Source: Candidatus Thermosaccharophagus tengchongensis
GTDB lineage: Bacteria > Armatimonadota > Fervidibacteria > Fervidibacterales > Thermosaccharophagaceae
Assembly (NCBI GenBank): GCA_032161105.1
Contig: JAVHTD010000032.1
Reading direction: 5' to 3' (one strand)
DNA: 27,066 bases
The notes beneath the pieces are model-generated. The model was given only the letters and a program-made list of their open reading frames with translations. It was not told where the DNA came from and did no database searches. Positions 25,795 to 27,066 of this stretch are shown here, in pieces. The number at the start of each line of letters is the position of its first letter. Position 1 is the stretch's first letter. The position numbers were made by a program, and so were the translations under genes.

Positions 25795-26062
25795 GCAGGT
25801 GGTTTCCTTGAAGGAAATGAAGCATCGTTGCAAGATGAACTGAGTTTGCATCGGAATGACAGAGCACTCAAGGAGATCGCTCTCGCCTAACGCAGGGAGG
25901 GGAGATCTCATACCTTGTTGTGCTAATAAGCGGGTGTGAGCAGACGCAAGTGATGGCGATAGGTGCGCACAAATGTGCCCCAAGTAGAGGGAGCTCCAGC
26001 CCACCCCAATTTCGCATCACTTAATGTTGCTTACACCGCCGAACCCAAAGGAGGTTATAGTC

Positions 26063-27066
26063 ATGAAACACGCTGGCAGCTTCGTTCAGCGAGCAGCTGC
26101 ATGGTCACTCACATTGCTGATATCGCTGTCGGTCACATTTTATGGATGTGGCGGGGGAACAAGTAGCCAACCTCCATCACCTACAATAACGAGAGGTATC
26201 ACCGTCCTTGTCCAAGACGCGTTCACCAACCAGCCAATCGCTAATGCATCTGTCCTCATTGGGACGCAAAACTTCACAACCAACAATCAAGGCGTGGTCA
26301 ACGCTTCGCTTCAAGGCATTCACCAATTCCAAGTTTCCAAAAATGGCTATGCTATGGTTTCAACCTACATCGCCTGCTTTGACGGTGCTCAGTTCCCAGT
26401 CAAGTTGACCCCGAATCTCTCGCCTGCCACTGATGAAACTTTCCAGCAACGCTCCGAACAGGTTTTCGCCGCCGCTGAAAACTTGAAGGACGCGATTGCC
26501 TCAGTCAATTCGGCTAATGAGTCCACCAAGCAAGATGTAATTCTGCATTTTGTGACAGCGAGCAATGCCTTAGTCGCTGCTTTGAACAGCATGTCAAGTT
26601 ACTCGCCCTCAAAGGGCATGAGAGCAACGCAAGGCAGGCTTGATTTTCTTTCGTCCCTTTTCGGTCTCACAAAGGTTTCCCAAGGCACAGAAGAAATCCT
26701 GAGCATTCGCGAAAAATTGCTTACAGGCGAAGATGTGCCCGAAATTAACGCTTGGTTGGCGCAACATCCATATCAAGGTGCTCGTTCGTTAAGTGAATTG
26801 CGGGCAATGTATCTCGGTCCAACCATTGATCCAGTGCTTCATCGGCTCTTGATCGTTTACCAGCAGCAAAACTCAAATAGTGGTTTCAACAAAGCAATGG
26901 ATGGAGCGAAAGACATTTGGCTCGCTCAATTCCCTGATTTGCTTGAAGGACCGAAAAATTTGCTCGGTTGGGCAATTGACAAAGTTTGGAGCGGCGCCGG
27001 CAAACTCGTGGTCAAAACCGTTGACTATGCTTCGCTTGTGCTGCAAAACAAAGAGCAAATCGCATG
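26063..27066 (+). CDS. Lipoprotein with N-terminal carboxypeptidase-regulatory-like (transthyretin-like) beta domain; 3'-truncated
   Basis: Absent from the ORF track because it has no stop in the window. AAAGGAGG RBS, ATG 26063, open to the window end (334 complete codons). MKHAG...LLISLSVTFYG-C-GGG lipobox; ITVLVQDAFTNQPIANASV...TTNNQG...QVSKNGY; helical region follows. Confidence 0.85.
   Translation, partial: MKHAGSFVQRAAAWSLTLLISLSVTFYGCGGGTSSQPPSPTITRGITVLVQDAFTNQPIANASVLIGTQNFTTNNQGVVNASLQGIHQFQVSKNGYAMVSTYIACFDGAQFPVKLTPNLSPATDETFQQRSEQVFAAAENLKDAIASVNSANESTKQDVILHFVTASNALVAALNSMSSYSPSKGMRATQGRLDFLSSLFGLTKVSQGTEEILSIREKLLTGEDVPEINAWLAQHPYQGARSLSELRAMYLGPTIDPVLHRLLIVYQQQNSNSGFNKAMDGAKDIWLAQFPDLLEGPKNLLGWAIDKVWSGAGKLVVKTVDYASLVLQNKEQIA

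Noticed and set aside
25817..25843. 8-codon uORF MKHRCKMN in the lipoprotein leader
   Set aside because: The SD-like AAGGA is too close to the ATG and there is no amino-acid enrichment or terminator suggesting attenuation.
1..27066. CRISPR arrays, IS elements, prophage or defence genes
   Set aside because: No spaced direct repeats, terminal inverted repeats, or transposase, integrase or nuclease-like defence ORFs were recognised.

Overview
Gene-dense bacterial chromosomal window made mostly of housekeeping genes: nadC, tRNA-Tyr(GTA), tRNA-Thr(GGT), gatC-gatA (no gatB), mutL, an ArgD-like class-III aminotransferase and the rplU-rpmA-obgE-proB-proA operon. Poorly characterised modules lie between them: a vWA / double-zinc-ribbon-FHA / polytopic membrane protein operon, an orphan CheY-like regulator beside an MFS transporter, a secreted discoidin-domain protein followed by a Tat-signal L-fucose/L-arabinose-isomerase-like protein, a GT-C-type membrane glycosyltransferase, tandem UroD/MtaA-family paralogues followed by mtlD, and a lipoprotein gene (missing from the ORF track) that runs off the 3' end. 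I found no integrase, transposase, phage gene or CRISPR array. Gene repertoire and motif avoidance suggest a thermophilic Armatimonadota-like organism (inference only). The most notable items are a MutL with a rewired endonuclease motif (SQHRAHE / CPHGQP), an apparently exported sugar isomerase, a possible enzyme/pseudoenzyme UroD pair linked to a PTS-less mtlD, a long hairpin leader upstream of rplU, and near-absence of TCGA/CTAG/GTAC. All functional calls rest on motif recognition by eye; no searches were run.
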